Shown piece after piece: positions 1 to 12,464 of a DNA stretch of 64,000 nt (positions within the stretch are counted from its first letter, which is position 1; each line of letters begins with the position of its first letter). A program made the position numbers and the translations under genes. The stretch is from positions 14,252,861 to 14,316,860 of the forward strand of contig OZ316892.1 of assembly GCA_973895155.1 (NCBI GenBank), given 5' to 3'. Under the pieces are notes generated by a model. It saw only the letters and a program-made list of their open reading frames with translations. It was not told the origin of the DNA and made no database searches. Origin of the DNA: Marsupella aquatica (Eukaryota; Plantae; Marchantiophyta).

Positions 1-959
1 AGACGTATCCTCCAAGCACCACTACATCGGACTTCACGGTTGTTTACAATAGATAGCGTTTCTATGTAGTATGTGGATCTATGTATCCATTTTTCAAGTG
101 ACGCCTGTAAATTTTCTTTTGTATAGAGTAACAGAAACCTTCAGTCGTTTTTACCGACCTTTTCGGACTGTCACATTTGTAATGTAGTTTATTATATACG
201 GGCACAAATTAAGTAATCTGGAAGCTCACGCATTACAACAGGCAAAGTTCTAGATATTGAATGAATAAACAATCATCATCTCAAGGATGAGGTTCTAAGA
301 CAGAAGACGCTAGTGCTTCTCAGGGAAGAGATCAGTGAACTTGAGGAGAAAAAGCTGGAGTTGGAAACATTGATAAAAATGTGCTTGAAGAAAGCAACAA
401 ATCTAATAGGCAGATGGGGGAAGAAAGAAGCAATGCGGAGAACAGAAAAAGACAATAGGCTGAGAGAAGAGTACGAGCTGGCACAACTAGAATTGGAGAG
501 TATCCACAGTGCGAGTATAAAGAGGAAGCTTGCAGAGGAGAAACTAATTTACATGAATTTGAAGATTTGAAAGCAAGGTGGATGAGCGCAAAGCACTGAA
601 GTAACATGGGTTGGACAGGGAGAAAGAGTATGACCTCGGCGTTTCGAAAGCAGTCAAACGAGTCGGCGATAGTGAGGCTAAGTATATGCAAGGGAACGTA
701 ACAGATAAGTATGACGAAATGTCAGCGATTGCAACAATTTCTTTGAGGACCTATTTCATATTTGGAATTAATCCCATTTATCTTGGCTCTCCGACGATGA
801 TCTTGATGCGGTCTGTTACCGGATATCTACCCGATCCACCAGGAGGAAAGAGAGATGGGCGGATCTGGCGAAGAACAAGAAACCAAAGGATTGACAGCTA
901 GGAGGAAGTGACAGTACTACTATAGCAGTTTCCAGTGAAAGCTGCTCAAGCGCTGCACC

Positions 960-1460
960 TAATCTTTTTGCAGGAACAGAGGTGGGAGAGTCTCGGGTGG
1001 AACAACCCCGCACACTCAAGCAACTCCTCCTGGACAAAGAATGGGCGATCCAGAAGGGCATCTCGTTGGTCGGCAAGCAGCCAGACTGACTCAGGGGTTG
1101 CAATCCACTATAAAGCATTCCATGGAAGAAGTGAGGAAGATCTTGACAAGTAGTTGGGCGCCTTTGAGAACAGAGCCTCGGCCAACGGAGAATTGGACTT
1201 TAACATGCAGATTCTGCCGGGCATGTTCAAAGGTGAAGCAAGACCATGGTTTAAGACTCCAGCACAACAGTTGGACTTGAATATTTTCAAACTAAGGTTT
1301 GTAAAGGAGTTCTTACAGAGATTCAATAAGTTGGTGCGGCGTACCAAGACCAATGGTTTTGAGTTAATGCAGTTGCAATGGTTGGTAAACGCGCTACCCT
1401 AGAAGATGAGTTTTGCGATACAAAAGGCAAGATCGCTAGCAGAAGCAATGCATGATATTC
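960..1460 (+). mobile_element. Degenerate Ty3/gypsy-type retrotransposon gag fragment
   Basis: Stop-interrupted frame FHGRSEEDLDK*LGAFENRASANGE...GEARPWF...FVKEFLQRFNKL...QWLVNALP resembles the retrotransposon gag domain pattern (F.G...ED...L..FE....AN ... A..WF). No intact pol or LTR pair was recognised. Confidence 0.6.
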
Positions 1461-2919
1461 TGATTTATATCGATGCTAATATCACTAGCCAAAAGAAGCA
1501 TTCTAAATTGGAGTATTCCTCCTCTGAGGATGAATAAAAAAGCTATTGAGAAAAATATGCCTAGAGCTACTGCTATGTTGGTACATGAGGCTTTGGAGTC
1601 AAAGGACACCAAAGTGGCTGCAAGCACTGCAGTAGTCTCGGAACTAGCTGTGGAGGCAACTCAGATCAAACTTGCTGTTGCAATCAAAGTAAAGCCAAAT
1701 CAAGATCACGAGTTATGGGCAGCCAAGTTACCACCACCAGATGATACTTTGAAGCGCTGGTACCCTACGACTTAGCCAAGGATGTATTGGAATCCAGGGT
1801 ACAGCCACAGTTGGCTAACCTTTGAAAAACAGTCTACTTCATAAAGCAATTGAGCAAGCAATTTTGGCTAAACCCAGGCTGCCAAGAATAGCAGCACTCG
1901 CTTACTGATTGATGAAGGACCGGGGTGTGCATCACGATTGACTCTGCAAGTGGTGGACTTTGTCACCCAGTGCACTCACCAATTTCAATATTCTTGCCTA
2001 AGTACCCTTGGTGCCCGAATGTCTACACGAAACTCCTTGAGTAAACAACTCGGTGCCTCTATCACAACCAGCGGCACTCCCATTCAAAGTTACACTTGCT
2101 CCCTACCACGATGGTAGTTCAACAATCCACATAGTCTGCACAGGCAACCAAACACATCGATAAATAATTCCTCAAGGTCTAGGTTCCCCAAGATCATTGT
2201 CTTGTCTTAGTTCAACTGTAGTTATTAAGTAGGTCAGCAAATTACTCTTGTGATCCTTAATAGAATTGGAAGATATCAGGGTGGCCTCACACTACATTGG
2301 GGGTAATTGACTTCTGCTTGTTCCCTCTAAGAGTAAATTGGGACTCTATGATGAGTGAAAACAACTTCAGTTGGCTTTAGAAGAACTCTCCGGCCCATTC
2401 AAATATGATGTCTACTGATTTTATGTGGCAAGCAATGGACCCAAGTGAATTCTGATTTTTCCTTAGAATTTACCACCTTGGTGGTGCAAACATTTCCAAA
2501 CTGTGATAGCTTGATTGAAAAAAATGTATATTAATTGAAGTCCAATTCTCAAGGTTTTTGGTGCAGAGTCAATATTCAGGACAAGATGTGGCCCACCAAT
2601 TTTCTCCGGGGAAAGAAGACACAAGTGCCAGCATTTTAGTGGCAAAAATTTGTAAGATTCCATCTCTTTAAGAAGTCTAGTGGCAAACATTTTGTTAGAT
2701 TCTATCTCTGTGAAACCTGTTCGACACTTTGGCAAAGATTCATTTGGTCTTTTGCCTTCCAGTACCCTTCCGACCTAGCCGCAGACCCCATTTGCTAGAA
2801 TCTGATGGTCAGATATTAACCTAGGAATGTTAGATAAGGAATATTCTTAGCATCTTCCATTTCATAGAAGATGGCATTGGCCACCCTAGCAAAATTAACC
2901 TGACAAGTGCCCTATGCTT

Positions 2920-3950
2920 TGAAGTCCTTGTGAGTGCATGGTTTATGAGGGTCGCCCCCTCCTCAATTAATTAATCAAAGGGCTTCTATGTTAGCTTGTG
3001 CTTCAATATTATTTTTTGCCTTCCAGACACAAATGCCCCCCATATCTTGTGAAGTCCTTGTGAGTACATGGGCCATGAGGGCTTCTCCTCCTCCTCAATT
3101 AATTAGTTCATGGACCCAGTGGTGACCACTAGTTTGGAATAATGAACACTGCATACAGAAAGTACTCAACCACTATTACTAATTGAACTGAACAGGGTAG
3201 TTCCTTCTCATTGTCCTGTAAGAGGAATGAAATTAATGTGAACGCCCCACCAAAGTTGGGACTTACTATGAACTTTTATCTCTTTATATGTTTCTTTCTG
3301 GTTCTGCAAATTTTGTTGTTTGATGTTTTTACATGTTTTATTTGGTTCATCAAGTGTCTATATAATGGTAATGGTAATCACATACACATTTGAGAAAACC
3401 AAATTTTGTACTCAATCTGATTCGTCCTATTTTTTTGAATCAGTTCCAATTATGTTTCATTTAGGCCAAGTTTGGCTTGAATGTACTCATCCCGATTTAC
3501 TAATCTTGCTAATTAAACGCGATGAGAAGCTAGAGTTGGGATCTAGGCTTCTAGAGTGAAAGCCTCTAAGTAGACCCTGACCCTAGGGCCCCACCGACAT
3601 TTATGTGGATTGGAAAAACCATGGGATGTTATCTATATCTCAAAATGAGTTTGTCGTCATCTTACTAATAAGTCGCCATGACAAGCTAGAGTTGGGGTCT
3701 AAGCTTCTAGAGTGAAGCCTCTAGACTGTGACTCTAGGGCCCCACCAAAATTTGTATGTTTGAAAAAAACCATGGGATGCTATGAATGTCAAAATGAAGA
3801 TCATACGTGATAATTTTTGTCACAATTTCTATTAACATTTAAAGAATGGGCATTGTGGTTGGTTCAAAGAAGAAAAGCTACAAAGATCCTAGTCTTGTGA
3901 AGTACTAGTGAGTGCATGGTCCAGGAGTGCTTCTCCTCATCAATTAATCA
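2920..3950. repeat. Local degenerate direct repeats (three copies of a ~55-bp unit plus a ~157-bp-period duplication)
   Basis: tgaagtccttgtgagt(g/a)catgg...ctcctcaattaatt occurs near 2920, 3050 and 3898. aagctagagttggg.tcta.gcttctagagtgaa...ctagggccccacc...aaaaaccatgggatg occurs at ~3527-3645 and ~3683-3797. Confidence 0.8.
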
Positions 3951-4026
3951 ATGAAAATCTTGTTATCTTGTCCTTGAAAATTGGTATGCTTTCCAGTTCC
4001 CCCTTTCCAATGCTGGACATTTTTAA

Positions 4027-4318
4027 TTAATTTTTTCTTTGAAACCAAAAACCTACCCATCCAACAGAGGATAGACTATCAACTCTGGAGCATACGCCTT
4101 TGTAAGGTAGCCACAAGGGGGTCATAACCAGGGGTCTGACAAAGACCCAGACGAGGAGGAGAGAGGGTTGAACCAAGCCCCAAAGTGGGCTAGCGAGGCT
4201 GAGGAAACCAGGACTCACACCATTATACCTCACACACACACCTTCCACAACTCTTGCATGTGGAGGGGGGATTGAACCTCGGATCATCCCTAGCCACCAG
4301 GCCAAAAGCCAGTCGGTA
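4027..4318 (-). mobile_element. tRNA-derived SINE with target-site duplication
   Basis: On the minus strand there is a Pol III A box TGGCCTGGTGG (4304-4294) and B box GGTTCAATCCC (4278-4268) at the 5' end, and an A-rich tail near 4027-4045. It is flanked by an 18-bp direct repeat aatgct(g/c)gacatttttaa at 4009-4026 and 4319-4336 (1 mismatch). Confidence 0.8.
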
Positions 4319-4665
4319 AATGCTCGACATTTTTAAGTACTGTTTGGTTTTGGGTGTACAACACTAATTTTACTCTACACTTTCCCAGCCAGTTGGTTAA
4401 AACATGGGAACAAAAGAATCTATCGTAATTGCTGAACAAAATATTTAGCAAATTGTAAATGCTAACAGTGGGGATATTATAAATATTATTATTATTACAT
4501 TATAATGGCTTTGGTTAAGGAAGTTATGCTGGACATTTTCAGTCCTTTTCGGGATTTGGGTCTTACAACACTAACTTTCTCAGCCAGTTGGTTAATTAAT
4601 GCTGAACAAATTTAGTCCTTTTCGGTTTGGGGTTTACAGCACTAATTTGACTCCATAGTTTCTCG
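4319..4665. repeat. Three degenerate tandem units upstream of the AP-1 mu gene
   Basis: tgct.(g/a)aca.ttt.agt.ct.tt.gg.ttt.gg...aca.cactaa.tt.....cagccagttggttaa recurs at ~4321, ~4527 and ~4600 (the third copy is truncated). Confidence 0.65.
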
Positions 4666-6087
4666 AAAGGCAGGACTGAATCTCCTTTAGCCTGATGGGC
4701 CTTTCTCCTCGTCGACATTTTGCAGGTCGTTGGTGTTGTTCGCTCTTATTAGCTCATCTAGTGACATGAGGAGGCTGCTGACTGTCTTCTGTTCGCGATG
4801 CCACGAGCTTAATCGCTCGATCAAGCTGCCGGCGCATGGCGTCTCTCGAGCCCCATTCCTCTGGTAAACCGGATCACATTCTCAAGTTCTGGGATTGCTT
4901 CTGCTCTTCTTGCTGCTCTTCTTCTGTGTTTTGCTTCCCGTCTTCTCTCGTTTGGGGGTTGCTTGTTTGTGCGGCACCGAATTCCGCTTTGCGTAGTCGA
5001 TGACGAACAATTGTGGCGGTCGGGATCGAAAATGTGGCAGATCTGCCTCCCAGTTACGTTTGCCGCACCGGATGGGTGATTGTCCTGGCGTAGGTAGTGC
5101 TCGGATTGTCTGTTGTGGCTGCCTGATCTCGGATGTGTAGCAATGATAGTTTTGCGCCTCTGTGCGTGGGGATCACGTGTCGGTCGGGTTTTGCAGAGCA
5201 AGAACAGGTCCTAGAGCTGACGCGACTTGCGGGGCTCGACATTCGCGAAGACGTTCTCATAATTGTAAGTTATGCCATTGGGCAGTAGAGGATTTGTAAC
5301 CTGTGTTATGTGCACATTTCCATTTCATATAGATCTGCCAGATTCAAAGCTTACCGCGAGAAAATAGTTCATCATCAGGGCTTCGTTGATGCGCGATGAG
5401 AGGGGCATACTTATCGAGAAACTTGCACACTGCACAGAGGAAATTTGGGTAGGACCACGCTGTCTACAGCTGGTAGAGTTTTCTGGTTTACCTAACGGGA
5501 ATGTAAGCGAGACACAGATATCTGGATATGAAGCACGATTAGCCGCGAATTAGAATGTGCCTATCTCAATCTGAGGGACGTACAACGTGTTTAGCAATCT
5601 CGGTTTTCACGTACCTTTTGCTCGAGGTCGCCTTGTCCTTCATGTGGGCATCCTGTTAGGTTAACATCTCGACTCGTTGTTTCTCGCCGTTGTTGGATTT
5701 GGAATGTGTGACCAGCATTATCAACTCTCAAGTTTTGGCTCGGGTTATTGTCATCTTATCTGCTTATCCGCAATGTTTGAGTGAAAGCTTGTTGCTATGT
5801 GAACTGGAACTCTGTCTTTGCTCAACAAAAATTCTTATTCCAGGAGTGGTATGAGATTCACTAGAATTCTAAAGAACCGTTTGACCTGTGCAGTTGCTGG
5901 AGTTGATGCAATGTGACGCGCCTCCCACGCTGGTGCTACAAGTTCTCAGATCGCTGGCAGGCGTTGCTCCTCAGTCGAGCCCACCTCCCTCACTTGCATC
6001 GACCAAATCGTCTTCGTTTAGTCGCCACACGTAATATTGGAGTCTTTGTTCGAAGAGGGAATCCGACTGAGCAAGTAACCAGTCGTC

Positions 6088-9000
6088 ATGTCGGGCGCTG
6101 CGTCAGCCGTATTTTTGTTGGACATGAAAGGTAGAGTTTTAGTATGGCGAGATTATCGTGGCGACGTCACTTCTGCGCAAGCTGAGCGTTTCTTCAGCAA
6201 GTTAATGGATGGAGAGGTGAGTAGCGAATCGCATGCATATGTTATATAAGTTGATCGTTATTGGGAAAGTGATTGTACCACAGATGAAGTTATAGAATTC
6301 ATATTCACCGTCGTTCGCCGAATGGAAAGGAATCTTCGGAGATCTGAACGAGAACGGAATCCCGCCGTGCTGATGAAACGTGAATTCCGATTACTGTGTG
6401 CCTTGTGCAGTGAGGCACTCCTGCTAATAATGGAGTTTGGAAAGTGGTTGCAAAGAGTTTAATCGTTGAGATGCAATTATCAAATTTTTGTTCTTGGCTG
6501 CAGGTTGACCCTTCTTCCAATAGCCCTGTCGTCTACGACGATGGAGTGACATATCTTTTCATCCAGTACAATAATGTATATGTTATGACAGCCTCGAGGC
6601 AAAATTGCAATGCAGCCAGCCTTTTACTCTTCCTTCATCGTATTGTTGACGTAAGTTCTGTCGAAAGGCTTACATGCTCCTACCTGCTCAAAATTGTAAA
6701 AATGAATTCTAACGTGGCAATTTTTCTTGTCAGTCCTGACCCTATCAGTGTTACCTCATCTAATAAGTAACCCATCTAAAGGACATGAAAGCTCATTTAT
6801 TACCGCAGGATGTCCATGTAGTTCATGTCTTTTACTGATATGGACCTACTTTTGGTAGAATATCTAACTCTTCCCCCTCGGTGTTGTATCTAACTTGCTG
6901 TGCAGGTATTTAAACATTACTTTGAGGAGCTGGAAGAGGAATCTTTGCGAGACAATTTTGTGGTAGTGGTGAGTCAATGTGCCAGCCTTCGCGCTTGCAG
7001 TATTTATGTTGGTAGTTGAAATAGCATGGGGTTTTGGCTTGGATTTCACCCGAGTTTGAATGTTTGATGCAGTATGAACTATTAGATGAGATGATGGACT
7101 TCGGTTACCCGCAATATACCGAGGCCAAGATTCTGGGTGAGTTCATAAAGACCGATGCTTACAAAATAGAGATGACAACACGACCACCAATGGCTGTTAC
7201 CAACGCTGTTTCTTGGCGAATGGAAGGGATCAAGTACAAGAAGAATGAAGTAAGCTGATTCCTGCTTTCTACAGCTCAATGTTTTCATCGGCTTCAGCTG
7301 GCTGAGTTGAAAAGCGAATAAGTCTGTTTGTCAAAGGCATCCGGACTGGAAATTGATATGTCTTGTGCCAAGCAGGTATTTTTAGATGTGGTGGAAAGTG
7401 TAAATATTTTGGTCAACAGCAACAGCCAGCTTGTCCGATCTGATGTAGTCGGTGCCTTGAAGATGCGTACCTATCTTAGGTATGCCTTTTCTTGCTGTCG
7501 TCCACATCCAATTGCAGATTTCTGTTGACATTGCATTTCTGATGTAACACGCAGTTACTGTTAATTCTAGTTTTCTATATTTGAATCAGCGGAATGTGAT
7601 AGGTTTTGCTGTCCCTTTACGATTCCATAATTCATTGCATGTGCTTGTCACAGTGGAATGCCAGAGTGCAAATTGGGACTTAATGACAGGGTACTTTTGG
7701 AAGCCCAAGGTCGTGCATCAAAGGGAAAATCAATTGACTTGGATGACATCAAGTTTCATCAGTACATGCCTTACCTTCTGTTTTCTATTCCCTAAATTTT
7801 GATGTTGTTGGGTTTATTTTAGATTGTTTTGGAAGGATGTTAACATTTGGAAAACATTTGAGGCTGTTAGTGTGCCGTGGATAGGGACAGGTGGCTGCAG
7901 AGGGAAATGGATGTTCCTTCTGTGGATTATGCTTTCTGGCAGTTTTGCAACTGAGATCTAGAGATGTGGGGTTTAAATATAAACCATACTGTGTGGATCT
8001 GTATACTGTTAGGTGTGTAAGACTAGCACGCTTCGAGAATGATCGCACTATCTCTTTTATACCTCCGGATGGTGCATTTGACTTGATGACTTATCGGTTA
8101 AGTACTCAGGTATGTTGAAAACTCCGAAGACTTTCCACTCTGTCAGAGGATATGACTTATTCAACTCAATACTTCATCTTATCGTAAATCTTCTGGATCT
8201 TGGTGATGCGATCTTTCACTAGCTGGTTTGGGTCATCAACTTTTGTAGTGCATTGTTGAAGTCTTTTGACAGAAGCAATGACTTCAATCTTCAGGTACGG
8301 CCACTCATTTGGGTCGAAGCACAAGTAGAGAGGCATTCCAGAAGTCGGGTAGAGTATATGATCAAGGCTCGCAGTCAGTTCAAGGAACGCAGGTAAGAAA
8401 TATGGGAATATGCTTATCTGGACTCTGCTAACAGAACATGTATTGAGTGGGTTCAGGAGAAATAGAGAACCCAATTATTTTTATTGGTTTTCAACAAACC
8501 GTTTAGTTCACTTCTAGGCCATGATCCCTTCTTAGAGCCAAAGTGGTGTTTTTGTCCTCTGTTTGTTAGAAACTCTTGATCTCTTGCTGTACCATCCACA
8601 TGGCCTCCACACGCAAAGACCAATTTAGTGGCATTACCCAAGGAGATTCCTTGTTTTTGCTCATCAGCTTAGATAGTTGTCGATTGTGAAGGAGTCACTT
8701 GCCAGATTGTGGCCCCCAAAAATTTTAGGTGTTGAGAGAACAATCTGGTGACATCGTGCATTGTGTTTCAGTACTGCGACAAATGTGGAGATTGAGTTGC
8801 CTGTGCCATCTGATGCTACGACTCCAGCCGTCCGTACCTCAACTGGATCCGCTGTATATGCGCCTGAACGAGAGGCTCTGCTCTGGAAGATCAAATCATT
8901 TCCTGGAGGAAAGGTTTGTAGTTCAGTCAACTTTTGAATTGCTTTCCAAGCTGTGAAGCTAAAACATCTTTGGTATGAACGACCTTAACTGTCCTGTTGT

Positions 9001-9448
9001 AACCATTACCTGTGACTCCATTTTGCAGGAATACATGTTAAGAGCTAAGTTCGGTCTTCCCAGCGTAGCTGCGGAAGAAACTGTAGTGGAGAAGAAGCCA
9101 CCAATTCGTGTGAAGTTTGAAATTCCCTATTTTACAGTTTCAGGAATTCAGGTATAATTCTTGTTTGGTGATTTTGTTTGTGTAATATTTGTGGCTACAA
9201 CTCATTGTCTGCGTACGAGTCTTTGGCTTCGCGGCACATTTCTTTCACAGCTGCAGAAGGCAATTCGGCAACCCTTCAAGTATAGTTAGTTTAGCTCCTG
9301 TTTTCATGCTTGCTTGAACAAAAGGATAATTTTTGAGGTGCTTGTGCAGGTGAGGTACCTCAAGATCATAGAAAAGAGTGGATATCAGGCACTGCCGTGG
9401 GTGCGCTATATTACAATGGCTGGTGAATACGAGTTGCGGATGATCTAG
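6088..9448 (+). CDS. AP1M: AP-1 clathrin adaptor complex medium (mu1) subunit, 11 coding exons
   Basis: Exons 6088-6216, 6504-6650, 6906-6968, 7073-7249, 7376-7479, 7654-7761, 8013-8109, 8295-8392, 8772-8913, 9029-9151 and 9350-9448, all with GT-AG introns and continuous frame. Translation: MSGAASAVFLLDMKGRVLVWRDYRGDV...YELLDEMMDFGYPQYTEAKIL...SGMPECKLGLNDR...[22 protein letters not shown]...EIPYFTVSGIQVRYLKIIEKSGYQALPWVRYITMAGEYELRMI*, the canonical plant AP-1 mu sequence. Confidence 0.97.
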
Positions 9449-11449
9449 TTGTACGGGGCTGGCGTAGCTGCTTCTAGAGCCTCCATCTGTGTTAAAGCAG
9501 TGAGTGGCTGCCAATCTACGTTTAGCAGATAGGTAGTAGACTTAATGTCGAGAAGATTTGTTAAAGGTTAGCTCGGTACATCACTGCTGCTGAAGAATAT
9601 TGTCGCAGATGATTTTATTGCCTAGCTCGTGGTGGTCTTTTCGGTACTTCCCTCCCTTGACATTGAAGTTCTGAACGGTTGTAACTTTGTTTTAAGCGAA
9701 TTTGTACGCGTATTAAATCCAGCGAGGGCAACTCTGGCTGTGGAAAGGGGGAGATTGGAATCGGATAAATTGACTTTGAATGGGAGAAGTGAGACCTTGT
9801 GGTGGGAAGTGTGAATAGGATTTACGTGCCATATGTGTATCTGATATTACCCAAGTTACTTGTGAATCCTATCCCAGTCTGTGCTAACACTAAGACGACT
9901 GAATACCACTGGTGAAGCACACTAAACGCATGCGTCCAACTGTGCAGAGCCATTCGCAATGGCGTTGCATGTCATGTCCACTGTAATAAACTTAAGCTAA
10001 TCCATCACACCTGCACAGTAGCTGCCTAAAAGCAGTCTCACGAAATTGCAGTCTGTCATCAGATCCGGTTGACTTTCCTAGTCAAAGCAAAAAAGCACAT
10101 CTTACCTTACTGCTTGATACATACCAGCAAAACATATACCCGACCCCTCCATTTGGCATCGTGTTTTACGCCCCATCTCCTTCATTCTCATTCCCAAGGC
10201 TACCTTGCACTGTATGATTAACTTCTACTACATCTGTGAGGATTGCCTTGTCCATTAGACTTTTGACTTGCACTAATGAACGTGATTGTGAACGGGCACC
10301 ACAACAGAGGGTTGGGTGAGGAAGAGGCATTGGGCAGGAGAGGTTTTGAAAAGAGGCACGGAAAACGTAGGGAGGGGACAGCATCAGTGGGTGGAGCCAG
10401 GCCACAATGAAAGGAGAAGCTCTGGAAATGCCAGCTTTTATTGTTTCATTTTCTGTGTGCCCCACAATAGAGGAAAGGGGGTGACACAAGCTTCCATCAG
10501 TAGGAGATCTTATTTTTCATGGTCTGTTTGGAGGGCTTCCAATCTTTCTCTGGAGAGTTAGATAGATCCAAGTCCCTCTGGGCTTTCGTTTCCTTCCTAG
10601 CATGTAATGTATTGAAAATTGAAAACTCATTCATCCACTTGACTGGATTTCTTAATGATGATTTCATGTTCTATGAAAAATTTAAGCAAAACATTTTAGT
10701 GAAGATAGTTTTGCAAATTAAAACAAAGGCTTACTAGTTTGACTGCTTAATTCTTTACAATTGTCAAATACATACGTTGCCACCCTTGCTAACAATTGGT
10801 TACACCACTGTTCATGCACAAGTGAGGGATGTGGTGGAAATTCCGGATAGTGATTTCCATCACATTCATTCTTGGTTTCTTTGGCGATGCCGAGTCCTCT
10901 ACATTAGAAGTTTCAAGCATCTTGTCAAACCAAATTTGTGTCAAAAAGTGATGGCATTGGATGACACTAATGTGCAGAACAAGTTTCCACATGAACGACT
11001 TCTTGGTCTTTAACTTGTTTACAGAACGAGTTCTCTGCAATTGGAAAATGCTCTGTGCATTTAGAGTTGTAAAATAACAACAAAAAAGTTGTCCTTATCA
11101 CCAACTTGTTTTGCAAAGTTGTTTTAACTCTTTCATTACCAGTAAATTGCAGCTGCAAAGAGCTACAAGCAATGAGAGTCCTTGGCTGAGTGTTCTGTTT
11201 GTTGACCAAGATTCTTACTAACCAAGGCTTGGCTTACCTATGACATTGGAAAAATGAGATTTTTGATACCAAATTAGTCAACTTATCTACTCCTTTGAGA
11301 CCCTGATGACCAAATCCAACTGTACTTCTTAAATGTCAGAAAATTCAACTCTACAAATTAGATGTGTCATATACCTCTCTACTTAGTATATCTCCCACTC
11401 TATAAATGACTAGCCAGGCTGCTCTACTTGGTTCCACACTAAAAAGAGA

Positions 11450-12052
11450 ACTCCTACCCACACTGGTTTCCCTTCATTATCCTGTGGTCATTATAGTAGG
11501 GAGCTTCAATAGTGAGTCTCAAAAACATGCTGTTTCCCAATTTTTTGGGGTCAGCAGCTTCAGGACATTTCTATCTGTGACTCTGACCAAATTTGGCCAT
11601 GTTTGGAAGGGTGCAAACAAATTCCCACTGACCCATTTTGGTGCGCACAATAGTGCACTGCGCGCCCGAGTTAGTGGCAGTAGCCCTTTTCAGAAGCACA
11701 CACCACTCCTGCCCACACTGGTTTTCCCTCCATTATATTGTGCTCAGTGGAACAGGTTTCTCAAGCCTGCTGTTTCCCAAATTTTCTAGTCAGCCACTTT
11801 AGGAAATTTCTGTCTGTGACCTCCGACCAAATCCCAATCTCACCCTTAAAAATAACTCAACCCAGAAGGTTTTTGATTTTAAAAGGGTAATAACACCCTT
11901 CATGGAATTCAAGGTTAGCTCAACAGCATGACATTTACACTGATCAAATCCCAATCCCAACTTTCTGGATAACTCAACACAGACAGTTTTCGATTTTAGA
12001 AGGGTCAAATCACAGTTCATGAATTCAAGGTTAGCTCAACATCATGACATTT
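11450..12052. repeat. Overlapping degenerate direct duplications upstream of H2A.Z
   Basis: actcct.cccacactggttt...tgctgtttcccaa...tttct.tctgtgac at ~11450-11590 and ~11705-11830. ataactcaac.caga..gtttt.gatttta.aagggt...ttcatg.aattcaaggttagctcaaca.catgacattt at ~11852-11936 and ~11969-12052. Confidence 0.8.
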
Positions 12053-12204
12053 TTGAATTCGGCCCTTTTTTGGAAGGAGTCCAAACGAATTCCCAGCGAC
12101 CAATTTTCGGTGCGGACACATGATTCAGCTTCCCACAAAACACTCCGCAAAACATTATGATTATGACGGGGCCGGTAATTCTCCCCTCAGTCCGTCACGG
12201 CAGA

Positions 12205-12212
12205 TTTCCCGC
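12205..12212 (+). promoter_or_regulatory. Putative E2F-binding site in the H2A.Z promoter
   Basis: TTTCCCGC matches the TTTSSCGC consensus about 250 bp upstream of the histone ATG, just before a GA-rich leader. It is a single 8-mer, so chance occurrence is possible. Confidence 0.4.
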
Positions 12213-12464
12213 GGTTGCGTCCCTTCGTTCGCTGCGAAGGGAAGAAACGGGAAACGCAGTGTCGAGCGAGAGAGAAAGAGAAAGAGCGACAGAGCTGTTA
12301 CTACGACCGCCCATACCTATTCATCGAACTTGTTCTTTGCCTCCTCCTCTCAGCCCACGAATTTGCGCTCTCTCGTTCTGTCGAAAAAGTTTTTCGTTTG
12401 TGTGAGGAGAAGAGAGGAGAGGAGCGCTCAGCGGAGTGGAGAAGATTGTGCGAAACGGTGAGAC

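Noticed and set aside
1880-2760. Possible minus-strand retroelement coding remnant
   Set aside because: Probably TE-derived, but I could not identify a diagnostic motif, so it is not called.
4268-4304. Possible tRNA gene (A and B boxes)
   Set aside because: Box spacing is too short for a cloverleaf, and the TSD and tail fit a SINE.
9815-9872. Short hairpin (ataggatttac...gtgaatcctat) downstream of AP1M
   Set aside because: Only about 11 bp pair well, which is too weak for a miRNA precursor or MITE call.
10777-11013. WFLWRCR motif reminiscent of an L1 ORF2 C-terminus
   Set aside because: A single short motif without RT or other supporting sequence.
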